A stretch of 64,000 bases of DNA from Amphiscolops sp. MND2022. Taxonomy: Eukaryota. Below, in pieces: positions 1-11,420 of the stretch (position 1 is its first letter; each line of letters begins with the position of its first letter). The DNA lies in assembly GCA_964187785.1 (NCBI GenBank), contig OZ076413.1:47120001-47184000 (forward strand), written 5' to 3'. The position numbers and the translations under genes are program-made. The notes beneath the pieces are model-generated. The model was not told the origin of the DNA. It did no database searches and saw only the letters and a list, made by a program, of their open reading frames with translations.

Positions 1-639
1 AGACTTCTAGGCCTCACAGATCGAACTCATCTCTTCAATGCGAGGGTTCATTCAAGTAGATCGCTCTTTTCTGTCCGTGCATTCGTAGAAATAAATAGTG
101 TGAACAAAGTTTAATTAGAAGTCTTATTAGATTTTTACCAATTTTTCCAAAAAGAAAATTGGTGATGGCGAGGAATAGAGAAGAAACAAGTGTTTCATGC
201 TCCTGAGATCCGAAATCGCAGACAAAACCATGAGAACTAGGATAGAAATTTGATTTAAAAAAGGTTTTAGCTTTTCAAGTTTTAGCGTTCTGCTAGAAGA
301 GCACTAGAAATGCGATGATACTCGCCTCTCTTCAGTAAGAGCAAGGATGCTTTCCAGGAGTTCACAAAAATGTGATCCATGTCACAGTGATGAGTCATTC
401 TTGTAGCAAGATAAGAAGTTGTAGATCAGTTTGCGACAGAATAAGCCGTAAAGCCCGCTTAGGGCTCAGCTATCGCAAGTGCAGTCTTTTATCAGAATCT
501 ACCAACTATGAAACTGTTGAACGAGTCGGGTTATGTCTAATTTTTTTTTACCATACAAAAGCGCCCAATCAATCGCGACTGACGGTTTGATAGCTTCTTT
601 CCCACAACCAACTGAAGTTCGTCACTCCAGTTGAATAAT

Positions 640-1010
640 GTTTTTAGTCGGCGCTTCATGAGGTGAAACGGGACTATAAATGTGGCTTTTCTTTTAAAAT
701 CCACACGAAAATCAAAAGTACAAAATTTTAGGGGCCCAATTTGTTGTTCCTATAATAGCTCTTCCTTTTTTTAGCGTAACATTCAAAACCGGGCGAGACT
801 AAAGGGTCCTCTCGATTTTTTTTCGGCACTGGGACTTTTTTTCGAAATTTTTCAATGTCTCCAAAGGAAGTCCCTCTTCATTTTTTCTCGATATTTTGTA
901 ACAATCGATGTCAATAATTTCTGAACGTTCCCCCTTTTTTTGTTTTTTGGAACTATGAGACTTCAAAATTCTCATATTTCGTTTGATATTAGGTTTTCTC
1001 ATTATACACT
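640..1010 (+). mobile_element. 3'-truncated copy of a HINE/Helentron-like non-autonomous element (family A)
   Basis: Starts TTTTTAGTCGGCGCT (646-655). Shares the internal block 'acgagactaaagggtcc...ttttttttcggcact...ttttcgaaattttt..aatgtctc' with 6727-7231 and 8510-9017. No 3' inverted repeat or hairpin seen. Confidence 0.5.
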
Positions 1011-1339
1011 ATAGTTTCAAAATGTTGAGTACGGCAAAACTTTTTACAAAATTAAATCCATGAACTTGAAATTAAAAAAATAGAAATTGTATTGGAACAG
1101 CATTGTCAGAACCGGGAAAGGAGTCCATAACTACCAATGACTGCTTTTGATCGGTCAGAAATGCTGTCATATAGCTATTGAATGAGTGGTCTCTTAATCA
1201 ATCAACTTCCAAAGTTTTTGGACTTATTCTTTCACGGAACTGTTAGTTCAGCAATGCTTCTTTTAACAGTAGCTTGAAGGTTCCAAATTTTATTCGAGTC
1301 AACTGTAGTTTGGCCAATTGAGGACGTCCTTATCATTTT

Positions 1340-1561
1340 TCTTGACTTTCGAGGCTGAGTGAGAGAGTTGTTAGTTTCAATTCAACTTTAATCAGAGAAG
1401 TTAACAGAAAAGTGATTCACAGAACAAACATCAAAAGTTAATGATCATCTCCTGCTGAAATACAAAAAAGCGTGACTTGGTCTAACTGGAGAAGTTGTTC
1501 ATACATATCGAGAAACTTGTTTCTAGCTTCGGAACATGCTCTGACTTCTATATATCTTAGA
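1340..1561 (-). repeat. 3' LTR of the copia element
   Basis: ~220 bp direct repeat of 6045-6270 (e.g. 'gtttcaattcaacttt..tcagagaagttaacagaaaagtgatt', 'tagcttcggaacatgct.tgacttctatatatcttaga'); roughly 85-90% identical by eye. Confidence 0.85.
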
Positions 1562-1726
1562 ACGTTTATAACAATTACGTTTATAACGATATTCCGGTTA
1601 TAGCGATCGTTTCACGGTCCCGGTCACGATTCTAGTATTCAACCATTTTCGCCTATAACGACATTCGGATATAACTAATAAAAAGCACCGGCCCCGGGGC
1701 AATCGTTATAAGCGGAGTTGAGTGTA
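1562..1726. mobile_element. MITE-like insertion (Tc1/mariner-type end) inside the copia 3' LTR
   Basis: Right end read on the minus strand is TACACTCAACTCCGCTTATAACGA, resembling TA-CAGTC..CTC..TATAACG ends. Internal TTATAACGA repeats. Left end eroded. It separates the LTR from its PPT. Confidence 0.45.
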
Positions 1727-1738
1727 TTTATCTTAAAA

Positions 1739-1749
1739 CTCCCCCTTTT
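1739..1749 (-). other. Polypurine tract of the copia element
   Basis: Minus strand AAAGGGGGAG followed immediately by LTR-start-like TTTTAAGATA. Confidence 0.7.
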
Positions 1750-1789
1750 CGAAGCTCGATTACAAGTTATACTCTCCGGAGAGTCTTTT

Positions 1790-4470
1790 GCAGAACATTT
1801 CAACCGTAACTTTTGCCAACGGTTCAGTTAGCAAGTCAGCAATCATTTCACTAGTTGGACAAAACTCAACCTCCAAGTGTCTCATGTCTATTTTTCTTGT
1901 ATGAAGCTCAAATTGATTGCAAAATGCTTGACTTTCTGAGAATTACTGTATTCATAATTATGGCGATGCAAGCCTGATTGTCTACACGTATCCTAATAGG
2001 TTTTTCCGTGTCTATTCCGATCTCGTTTGCTAGGTCTCACAGGAACTCAAGTTCTTGGAAAGCTGCAAATAACGACATTGCTTCCGCCTTCGCTGTTGAG
2101 GTCGACAGCGTTGTCTGTATTAGAGCGTCAACTAATAGCTCCTGATTCTGAACTCAGAAAGAATCAAAAACCACTGTTGGACTTCCTATTATCTAACTTT
2201 CCTACCCAATCGGAATCACTGAAACCTGTGAGCTCGAGCATCTCGGATTTTCTATACGTCAATTTCTTACATTTTGTTACCTTTAGATAGTGTGTTTTCC
2301 TTGTAACCAATATCTACGGCCTGGTTTTGAACGTATCGACTTAAGGCTCTATTAGCGAAAGTTATACTTTCCTTAAAATCTAATATCGTCGCTACAGTAG
2401 ACTAAATCATCTACCCAACTTGCTACGAAATTATTATGAACGTTTCGTTCCCTCAAGACGAAACAAGGATGAATTTTGCTTGGATTGAACTGAATGCGAT
2501 CTGGTTGCTTCAATCCATGAAGTGATTTTTTCCATCTACAAACATAGCTTTTGCCGTTTGCATTTTCCTTAACAAATCTCTGTGGCTGATCTACAAAAAT
2601 TTCGTCTCTACCTGCGTTCAAGTAAGCGGTTTTTATATGAAACTATTTCAACTTCATTCCTTTTTGAACTACGACCTCAGCAAAACTTAGCTATTTTCAC
2701 AGTCGGACTATATGTTTGATCGTAGTCAACACCTTGTTTTTGTCTGAATCCTCTAGCTACGTATCTTTCTTTGTATTCAATATTTTCCTTACTGTTTCGC
2801 TTGCCTGCAAAATGCCTATTACCTGTACAAGGTTTTTTCGTCAAGTATTTCAACAAGTTCCCAATCTTCATTTTACTGTTGAGATTCGTATTCCGCTTTC
2901 ATTGCACGATACCACTCTGGAGAAGAAAACGCTTCTTCAATGCTTTTCGTTAACCCTTGATCAACATAATCACTATGGTATCCGAGCGTTTCATTTTCAT
3001 AGAACTCGAACGAACCTAAGTCGTAAGACAAGTTGCTGCTTGTACCTAGGGTATATCTGTTAGGCGGCTTCACTTTTTGTTCGTATCTAGTAGTATGCAG
3101 TCGAACTATGCGGTTGACTTTGTGTTATACTCTCGTCTGATCTTTCCCTAACCAAAGTTTCTGGATTACCGCCTAAATCACCGTGTTGCAACTCACTCAC
3201 ATCGCTTATCAAGTTTTGTGTATTGGTGACTGATTCCGTGTTTTACAACTATATTTCTATCCCCCTTTCGTTGAGTTCACTGTCAGTTCCAATGTTTGCG
3301 AAACGTTTCCTGGAAAACTAGTCTCGTGGAATTTAACATTGCGGCTTCTTTTCGTGATGAGCTCTACGGCATCAAAAAATCCGATCAGAGATGACTTAGA
3401 GTTGTTTCTCTAGCTGAATAAAACTTCTCCAAAGCTCTTCTTTCAAACTTTTTCATTTTGGTTTCTCTAAGTATACGAATGCTTGACACCCGAAAATGAG
3501 ACTTCTGGTGTCTCGTCAAAAAATATCTCGGTGTTGTGCCATGAGCAGTGAAGGCACCGGTTTTTTTATAAGGAAATATGTTCCGTATGCAAACGACCAA
3601 ATAGATTCATGTAAGCCTGCTGTTTTCAACAGACACCTAGCCTTCGCGCCGATGGTTGCCCAAACCTATTCTATTTTACCGTTTTGTTCTGGAGTTATTC
3701 ACAAGTAAACTCCTGATAAATTGCTTGCTGTAAACAAATGTTCGCGAAATTTCCAAAATTAACTTTTTTAGCATTATCAGTGACAACCTTGCGAGGTTTT
3801 CCAAGCTCAGCTATAAACTTCAAAAGCTTCCTTCCGACTTCGGGTCGTGTTCTTCTAGTAGATAAATAGCACCGAGACTGCTCAAGCTATCAACGAATCC
3901 CAGAGCGTACTTGAAGTCGTATTTTCTGGCGATATATCCACGTGGAGTATGCCTTGAGGTTTTTCAAGCTCTAGTTGCTACTTGACGGCTTATCGGTAAC
4001 CGCTTGGCCTTTTCTGTGTTACACACATCGCAAGGTTCGTTTTCTGTATCCTAACTTTATATCGACTACAGCCTTTGTCAATTTTAGAACATCAATTTTG
4101 TTATTGTCAGCCAATCTTTCATGCCATAGTTAAAAATTTGCAGTTGCCGCATTGCTCTGCTCGTGCAATCAACTTGTAATTAAAACGGGTTATTTTCGCA
4201 CTTCAACGGAAAACTTTATCAATTAAAACTGCGATGTTTCGCATCAAAATGAACGATCGCATTTTGTTCCTTCGGTTTTTTAAAGGAAACTAAGTTTTTT
4301 GTATATTGGGGAACGTGCAGCGACTCTCCAAGTTCCAAGATTTGTTCTTGGCCTTGATTGACTATTGCGAAGAAACTAATGGATCCTCTACCTTCAATAT
4401 TGGATTCAGTTCCGTTCACACATTCAACTTTACCCATTTTCTGAACAATTCAGCGTCCTTCATCATGTGA
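1790..4470 (-). pseudogene. copia pol remnants (protease region, integrase, RT, RNase H)
   Basis: Minus-strand peptides: VEFCPTSEMIADLLTE (RNase H, ~1820-1870); KKSLHGLKQ and WVDD (RT, ORF 2373-2621); YKERYVARGFRQKQGVDYDQTYSP (ORF 2677-2871); SIEEAFSSPEWYRAMKAE (ORF 2873-3073); ARCLLKTAGLHESIWSFA (integrase, ~3589-3642); LHVPQYTKNLVS (ORF 4219-4437). Confidence 0.87.
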
Positions 4471-4643
4471 CTCGTGCTGCCACTGTCTACTAAAGGTTCC
4501 ATGATCTTACACGTAGAATGTGCTTGACTAGTGTGAAACGAGAAACCTTGTTTTTCAGCTGTTAGGTTACTCTCATTTCGCTTCGTATAAAAATTTTTTG
4601 AGCCGTCTCACGCGGAGCTCCTGTTTTTGACTTTTGCGTGCAC

Positions 4644-5141
4644 TCATTCTCCTTGTGGCCTTTTTGACCACATTCGTAACACTCTGGCAGACGCTCTGCA
4701 TTCACTTTGTCCGTGGCCTATTTTGCCACACTTGAAGCATCTCACGTCTTTAGTGAAATGTGAATTTGTTCCCTGGTCATTCTGACCTCGGCAACTATCA
4801 CTATCAATTTTCGAAAGATCTTGTTTTGGATCTGCTAAGGTCTTAGCTTCATGCGAAAGTTTGAAAACGGTTACGGAACTTGCAAAACTATTCGGCGAAC
4901 CATTTAGGACTACCGAACGTAGCATTTGATCACTAGCGTTTTCGCCAACATCGGTTAGATTGAGTTGAAGTTCTTCAGCTCCGATCAAATAATCTCGCAT
5001 ACTTTCTGGTAAGTTCTTTTCAAGGTTCGTTAATTTATTCAAAAGTTGATGGATAAGAGGACAATCACGACTTTGAAACCAGACATGCAAAAGTTTCCAA
5101 GCCAGAGTGCCGTTAGGTTTCGCTGTTTCAACTAAACTCAA
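4644..5141 (-). pseudogene. copia gag remnant with CCHC zinc knuckle
   Basis: ORF contains CFKCGKIGHGQSEC (CX2CX4HX4C) preceded by a copia-gag-like helical region (VVLNGSPNSF). Confidence 0.82.
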
Positions 5142-6032
5142 TGACTATCCTGACATTGCACGAGTTCACACCGAACTTCAAACTTTTTTTCAACTGGTTG
5201 TGCTCACTAGCCAAATTCGCGTTCGTTTCCTCAGGATTCTCAGCACTTCTGATCAAGAAGGGCCGTCCTCGATTTTAATGAGAGAAGCCGAGCTTCAAAA
5301 CGTTCAGCAAAATATTCGAAGTCCGTGTTCCCGAAAACAACGTTACTAACTGCACAGTACAGTTAGTCATTTTGTCTGAATTGTGTAATTTAACAAAGAC
5401 ACTCAAAACGCTCAGGCCTTGTGAATCTGCTTTTGTGCTCCTTGACCTTGAGAGAATGCTGTTCCGGTTGTTTTGCATATAAACACGCTTCTCTGCGTCG
5501 CAAAACAAACTTACAAACAAAAATCCGAATGACGCGTTTTGAAGTGAAAACAAAGTTCAGAAACATTTCCTAATTCCTGTCATGCTATGCAGTGCATAGC
5601 CACCTGCTCTTTGGAAGTCAACCAAAACAAAGAAATGCTATCTGAACGTATGCCAGACAATTGTCATTAAGGTTTTTTCGTCGAGCCTAGATATGTTTCA
5701 CTGGAGTATTTTTGGAATCTCCCTAGAAAATTTTTCGAAGAATTTCATTACTCATGTGTAGTCTCACTCATCTTCGAACCCACTTCTAGCCTAGGGAAAC
5801 AGCAAGAAAATTTACTAAAGCATCAAGAAAGTTTGAGTCTGAGTTTTGATGTGTTTACTCGCTTCTCGTCTCTGGAAGTTGACTTCTGACTGCATGGCGT
5901 CGTGGTTCCCTCGAAAAAAGATTGCTTTCTACTTTTCACCTCTACTTGCTATCAATCGCTTCATCTTTGAGTCTATCTTTGGCAAGTGACTTCGAAAGTT
6001 GACAGCAACGTTAGTTTCAGATGATTGGTTAA

Positions 6033-6044
6033 GGCCACATAACC
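6033..6044 (-). other. Primer-binding site of the copia element
   Basis: Minus strand GGTTATGTGGCC directly after the LTR end TCAAGA; resembles the copia-type GGTTATGGGCCC PBS (internal tRNAiMet priming). Confidence 0.68.
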
Positions 6045-6270
6045 TCTTGACTTCTGAGGTTGAGTGAGACGAAGAGTTGGTAGTTTCAATTCAACTTTAT
6101 TCAGAGAAGTTAACAGAAAAGTGATTTACAAAACAGACATCAGAAGTTAATGATATCTCCCGCCTAAATAAAAAAAAGCGTGATTGGTTCTAACTGGAGA
6201 AGTTGTTTATGCATATCAAGAAACTGGTTTGTAGCTTCGGAACATGCTATGACTTCTATATATCTTAGAG
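6045..6270 (-). repeat. 5' LTR of the copia element
   Basis: Direct repeat of 1340-1561, adjacent to the PBS. Confidence 0.85.
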
Positions 6271-6726
6271 TGTTCAAGGGCAAACTTCATTGGTTTTAAT
6301 GCCGTAACAAACCGGGTTGTTGTCTTGTTGGAACACCAAACCTAAAAAATGAATTTTGTTCCGTTTCAGAATATCGAAATTACTGGTGCTGACTCTTGAC
6401 ACTTTACAAGCCTTTTTCAGCCATCTGATCGAATTGCATCTCAAAATATGAAGGATCGTCAGTTGACGCATTCCTCTTTTTTTTGAGATATCGAGTGCTT
6501 TTTCTCCGACAATCTCGGAACTCATTCGTCACTAGAGATCTTTACCAAAGTTTTGTCAGTGATAACCACGAAATACCAAAACTTGTAGACTTTCTTCGTC
6601 ATTTTTCACCTATTTTCGTCGGTTTTTTCTCTAGGAATTTTGGTGGTCGGCCAGTTGATTTGTTCGGCAGATAGCTGTTGCTTCGATGATAACGATTATA
6701 CACTGTCGATTTTGCTTTCAATTCAT

Positions 6727-7231
6727 ATTTTTAGTCGGCACTTTTCTAGGGAAAAGTGCACGACACTTACAGTGGCTAGTTTTTCTTTTTTTTTTCGTCA
6801 GACTACTATCTCACTCTGATAGGGCCACTTTTCTTACAATCGAAACTACTAAAACTACTACCATAAGGCCAAGTCCGGTCAGCGGAAATTAGTGCAAAAG
6901 GATCCCCCTTTCATTTTTTACTATTTTAACGTAACCTACAAAACGGACGAGACTAAAGGGTCCCCCTTTCGATTTTTTTTCGGCATTGTGTGACTTTTTT
7001 TCGAAAATTTTTTAATGTCTCAAAAGAGTCCCCCTTTCGAGTTTTTTGATGTTTTGCAACAGAATATATGTTAATAAAGCCCAAAAGGTCCCCCCTTTTA
7101 CATTTTTCCGCACTATGCGACATTTTCTGAAAGAAAAAAAATCAAAAATTTCAAGTTTTTTTTTCAAAAAAAGTATTTTGCGCTTTTCGAGCCTTAGATC
7201 TAGCGCCGACTTAAGACGTTCCCGTCTTGTT
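6727..7231 (+). mobile_element. HINE/Helentron-like non-autonomous element (family A), full-length
   Basis: 5' AGTCGGCACT (6733-6742) is an imperfect inverted repeat of 3' AGCGCCGACT (7202-7211), followed by a perfect hairpin AAGACG-TTCC-CGTCTT (7213-7228) and T's. This asymmetric subterminal IR plus 3' hairpin matches the DINE-1/HINE layout. Confidence 0.68.
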
Positions 7232-8509
7232 TGAGCTCATCATCAGTTTTTTGAAACGGATAACCGGCCTTTTTCAATGTAACAGTTCGACAAGCTAGAA
7301 AAGGATATAACAAAGCAGGCGTTTCCGATTTTAGATTATTTGAACGTGGAAACAAGTGAATGGATTTCATGATCTTGAGATTTCAGGAAACAACTTCAGC
7401 AATCAAAACAGTGAAAATGCAGCAACTTTAAGATAAAATGACCTAAACAGGACTAGATCAACCATTTTTAAGCTTGGAAATACTTGAAATGCCCTCTCAT
7501 GCGAACCATTACTTTCTTTCGTCGGGGCAGGCTCTGACACAATTTTTCGGGGTTTTTGTGAGGTTAGCAAACATTTGAAGGAGCTGCTCAGAATTATCTG
7601 TAGGGTGGGTATATTTCTTTTCTCGCTCACGATGCAACAATATATTTTGAATGATATTCAAATCGTGGGACTGTGCCAGCTACGTTGATCTTTGTATATC
7701 ATTCCGGTGGAAATTTGAAGTCTTTAAGTTGATATATGAAAACTCGCGTTGTCTTGCTGAAAAAGTATGTGTTACCTAGAAACTTCGAATGACGGCAGGT
7801 GAAGTTGACGCCAATGAGCCGTGGAATTGTCTGGAATCAATTTTGTCCGACATATTCAGGTGAATTTCACTCCATGAAAGGTTACACAAGCACAAATCAT
7901 AACTCATTTTTTTTCGCTGTCATTTTGGTGAACATTGTTGGAATGCATACGGTTGTGAATCTGGTCGCTGAATTTGGATTGTATTTTCTGAATTAAGTAC
8001 AACTTGACATTCGTCGGAGAGTGTCCATCGTCTCCAATCCATAAAGTCCATTTACTTTTGTTGCGGCACCAAAAAACTCGAAAGTTTCGTTTTTTTTCAT
8101 TGATATTCGATTTTTTTTTCAAAGTACATCTAACATATGCCTGACCAATGGTAAATTTCTTGAGTTTTTCCTTCCAGATTAGATTTCCACAGTTTTTTGA
8201 CCAGCTTCTTGGAATTCCTTAATGCTGCAGTGAATGGTTTTTGGGTAACAGTCCAGAATCTCAGCGATGCGTACTTTAATTTAAAACTTTGTGTGAAGAG
8301 GCGAATGGCAATTTCCCTGCTTTCTGTTGACAACCGATTTTTGGCCCAAACATTTTTTGGAATGAGTTTAGTCCAATTTTCCGGAATGAGTTTTTGTTGG
8401 AAAGTGGACAAAATGAAACTGATGTTTTTCACAGCGGTGTTTTTTATTTGGTTTACGACTTCCGCCGAGATTCAGGAAAGAACATTCTCACATTTATTGA
8501 TGTATTAAT

Positions 8510-9017
8510 TTTTTAGTCGGCGCTTTTCGAAGAAAAACGCAGACTATAGTAGTGACTTCATTTTTTAGTCGGCGCTTTTCGAAGAAAAACGCAGACTATA
8601 GTAGTGACTTTTTTTAAAGACCAACGAACTGACAGATTTTATAAATTTTATAAGTTGGCACTAACACTAAACCGGCACTAACACTAAACCGTGTCACACT
8701 ACTTCACTGCCACTTGGCCACTGCGGGTTTTTCGAGGTCTGACAAGCAGAAGGACATGGGTCCACCCTTCATTTTTTTGTCTATTTGGCAAAAGAAGGAT
8801 GTTAAAAAACTCCCAAAGGGCCCCATTTTACATGTTTCGGCACTATGCGACTTACGGGTGACCAATAAAATTTTTGAAAAATTTCAAAAAAAAGGAATTT
8901 TTTTTTCAATTTTTCCTCAAACGGGTACTGTAGAAGAGAAAACTTGACACTTTGAAGTCCTTTTGTTATTTTTGAGCCTTAGATATGGCGCCGACTTGGG
9001 CCGTTCCCGGATTGTTC
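8510..9017 (+). mobile_element. HINE/Helentron-like non-autonomous element (family A) with duplicated 5' end
   Basis: AGTCGGCGCT at 8515 and 8567 (52 bp tandem duplication); 3' GGCGCCGACT at 8987-8996 followed by GCCG-TTCC-CGG hairpin; internal GGGTCCCCC/CGGCACTATGCGAC blocks shared with the other copies. Confidence 0.68.
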
Positions 9018-9587
9018 ATTTATCTTCTGACCTGTCTGTGTCAACAAGTAAGTTTTCTGATGCACTTTGAGCTGCGTTTATTCTGCTCGCTTCGTTACTT
9101 CGTAGCAACCGTAGGTAGATCAGGGGAATCTTATGAACGACAGGCCCCATTATACCCTTATGAAACACGGACATCCCGAAGTTGCACCTCCTGAAGAACA
9201 GGCCCCACGCATACCTAAGTGGTGAATCAATGCGCCCGTACTCATTTTCTTAAGTAAAGGGGCTGGCACCGTTGGAACAGCTGATAATTTACTTTCATTT
9301 TTTTCGAATTTCATATACAATTTTGACGGAGAAACATGGTTGGCAATGGAAACATGTTATTTAAAATTTCAGGGTTTGTCTAGACATGTGTAGATCTGTT
9401 TGAAACATCAGTTTAAAAAATTGAATCCTAAAAGTTTCATGATTTGGTTTGATCCCGAATATCATGTGGAAATGCTTGTTATTTACATTGTTATTTACAT
9501 TGTTCCAGCAAAAAGTTATTTACCTTGTTCATTGATGTTGAAGATTGTTGTAAAATTCATGTATTTCGGGTGGCAACGGGTGTTGAC

Positions 9588-9683
9588 TAGGGGTCTGCCG
9601 CATATCAAGTCCGGTCCGGTATCCGGCAGGACTTTTGACGGAATCCGGCCGGACAAATGTCTTAGCAAATGATCGCATATCTC
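9588..9683 (+). mobile_element. hAT-like element terminal fragment
   Basis: Starts TAGGGG, rich in ATCCGG/CCGGA motifs; homologous to the reverse complement of 55774-55899 ('atcaagtccggtcc', 'tcttagcaaatgatcg.atatctc'). Confidence 0.45.
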
Positions 9684-10829
9684 TTGCGAAAACTATTTAA
9701 AGCGGCCAATATTGAGACCAACTTGTTTTTCGATTGAGACCACTGCCAAGAAATTGGGTAGATAAATCGAAAGATGCTTTTAGAGTTCGACAATCATGCA
9801 GTTATTGCCGGTTTTAAACCATCAGGTCTCGACAACAGTTAAAAACTAGTTTTTTCCAAAGTTGAAAAAATAGAATAATTTTTGCCACTAGTTTACTTTG
9901 CTTTCCATCATACCCATTGCCCAATTCTGAAAACAATCTGTCATATAGTTGATGATGATGTCCTGTCCGGTGCACCACTAGTGTTGACATATCAACCGAA
10001 TCCGTTTTCTAAGCTTTTCAACCATATTTTTTTGAAAGCTTCTAAATAACCCTTTCAACTTGTGTAGTTTTTCAGATGCATGTTTTGTTTGCCTTGATTC
10101 TACATTCCCTGCCGATGCCTCTGCTTGTCAATTTCAGTACAATTGATGAACGTCTCAAGCAAGGTCTCTGTTCCAGTGGTATCACGTGATTATTCTTCTG
10201 GAGCCTTAAGAAGAGAAACTCTAAATGCATGTAGGCGATTTTCGATTCTTGATTTCCTTATTTCTCGGATTTTAAGAAATGCAATGATTTTAGCAAATAG
10301 AAATGATCATCTTTGAATTTGCTAACTGGTTTTGCTGATTTACCTACACAATTTCAAAATACTTTCATCGTTTTGGTATGTGTTTCAGTCGACGGTTCCG
10401 CCGTTGCTGGCTCGTGTGTCCGGATGAAACAGTAAGTCTTTGTCACAAAATCTGGGTTTTGGGTTTTATTTTGTGTTTCGGATCGTAAGATACTTACTGA
10501 CTGGTGATGTACGTAAAGATTACGTGTCATGTTATAGGTATCATTTTATTTCTCACAATGATTGCTACTTTGAAATTTCTGTTACTCCTAACATACAAAA
10601 CCTTTTCTGTAAAACCTTGTAAAAAAATATTGTTGAATGGCAAAGACTGCGTTCCATCGTTGGCTCCTTTTTGGTGTCAATTTGGGCGTCAATCTTTAGT
10701 CATTGAAAAGTAGACAAACCAACAACCAACAGCAATTACAAGAAGTGGAAGATTGTATATTACCTGATATCTACATAACACAACTGATTATAGTTGAAGG
10801 AATGCTAGTCTTCAACTGAATCATGAAAT

Positions 10830-11420
10830 AAGTGGAAACTTTTACTAGAATTTGTGGACTTGGTAAGAATCAATTGTGAATTTATAGGAATCACATGTGA
10901 AAACAGAGAAGTGAAAATCGTATTGCAACTAATAAGTTTGAAAATACCCTGAAGGAAGGAGGTTATCAGTTTGAAATTTTCATATGGTTTTTGCTCTAAT
11001 TTCAGAACTCGCAACAAATCATCTAAGTTTGAGATGAGGGTATCGTCAAATGACATTAAACCGAATGACTGGACCTGTGTTCTTGTTCCAATTTGAAGAC
11101 AATCTCACGGAATGGCTAAAGAATTTCTCGGAAATGAAAGATCTGGGAGCGATTATGAATTCGATTAGATGGATGTTTTGGAAGAGCAAATGAATTGTGA
11201 AGACCGCTCACTCTGGAGCATAGCATCTATCGATGGATCCAAGAATATACTTGCCTGTGCTTACTAGATTACTCCCTCCGTATTGCGTTTGCAGAAGTTC
11301 AAGACAAAACCCGCGTATTAGAAACGTACACGAATTTTTCGTTCGACGGAAACCGCTAACTGCGTTCATCTCAACTGCGTCAATGATGAAATACCAATTT
11401 GGTTCAGGACTGTATATTTT
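10830..11420 (+). pseudogene. Decayed coding segment of unknown identity
   Basis: One frame reads as protein-like for ~195 codons with five isolated stops (WKLLLEFVDLVRINCEF...DWTCVLVPI*...MDVLEEQMNCEDRSLWSIASIDGSKNILACAY*...). No family recognised. Confidence 0.25.

Larger units (their letters stand above)
1340..6270 (-). mobile_element. Degenerate Ty1/copia LTR retrotransposon
   Basis: Direct repeats at 1340-1561 and 6045-6270. On the minus strand the order is PBS, gag (CCHC knuckle), protease region, integrase, RT, RNase H, PPT, i.e. copia order with IN before RT. Many stops and frameshifts. Confidence 0.92.

Noticed and set aside
470-540. AVFYQNLPTMKLLNESG as an ankyrin-repeat relic
   Set aside because: Single short stretch in a stop-riddled frame; no second repeat.
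9120-9225. Terminal-exon-like peptide NLMNDRPHYTLMKHGHPEVAPPEEQAPRIPKW*
   Set aside because: No convincing acceptor or upstream partner exon and no recognisable family.
10116-10190. IDERLKQGLCSSGIT as a RAD51/RecA-like motif
   Set aside because: Followed by a stop and no Walker A motif; too short.
10830-11420. Stop-codon reassignment explaining stop-interrupted frames
   Set aside because: Both TGA and TAG interrupt the frame, neighbouring relics also carry frameshifts, and the 2055-codon ORF reads cleanly in the standard code.
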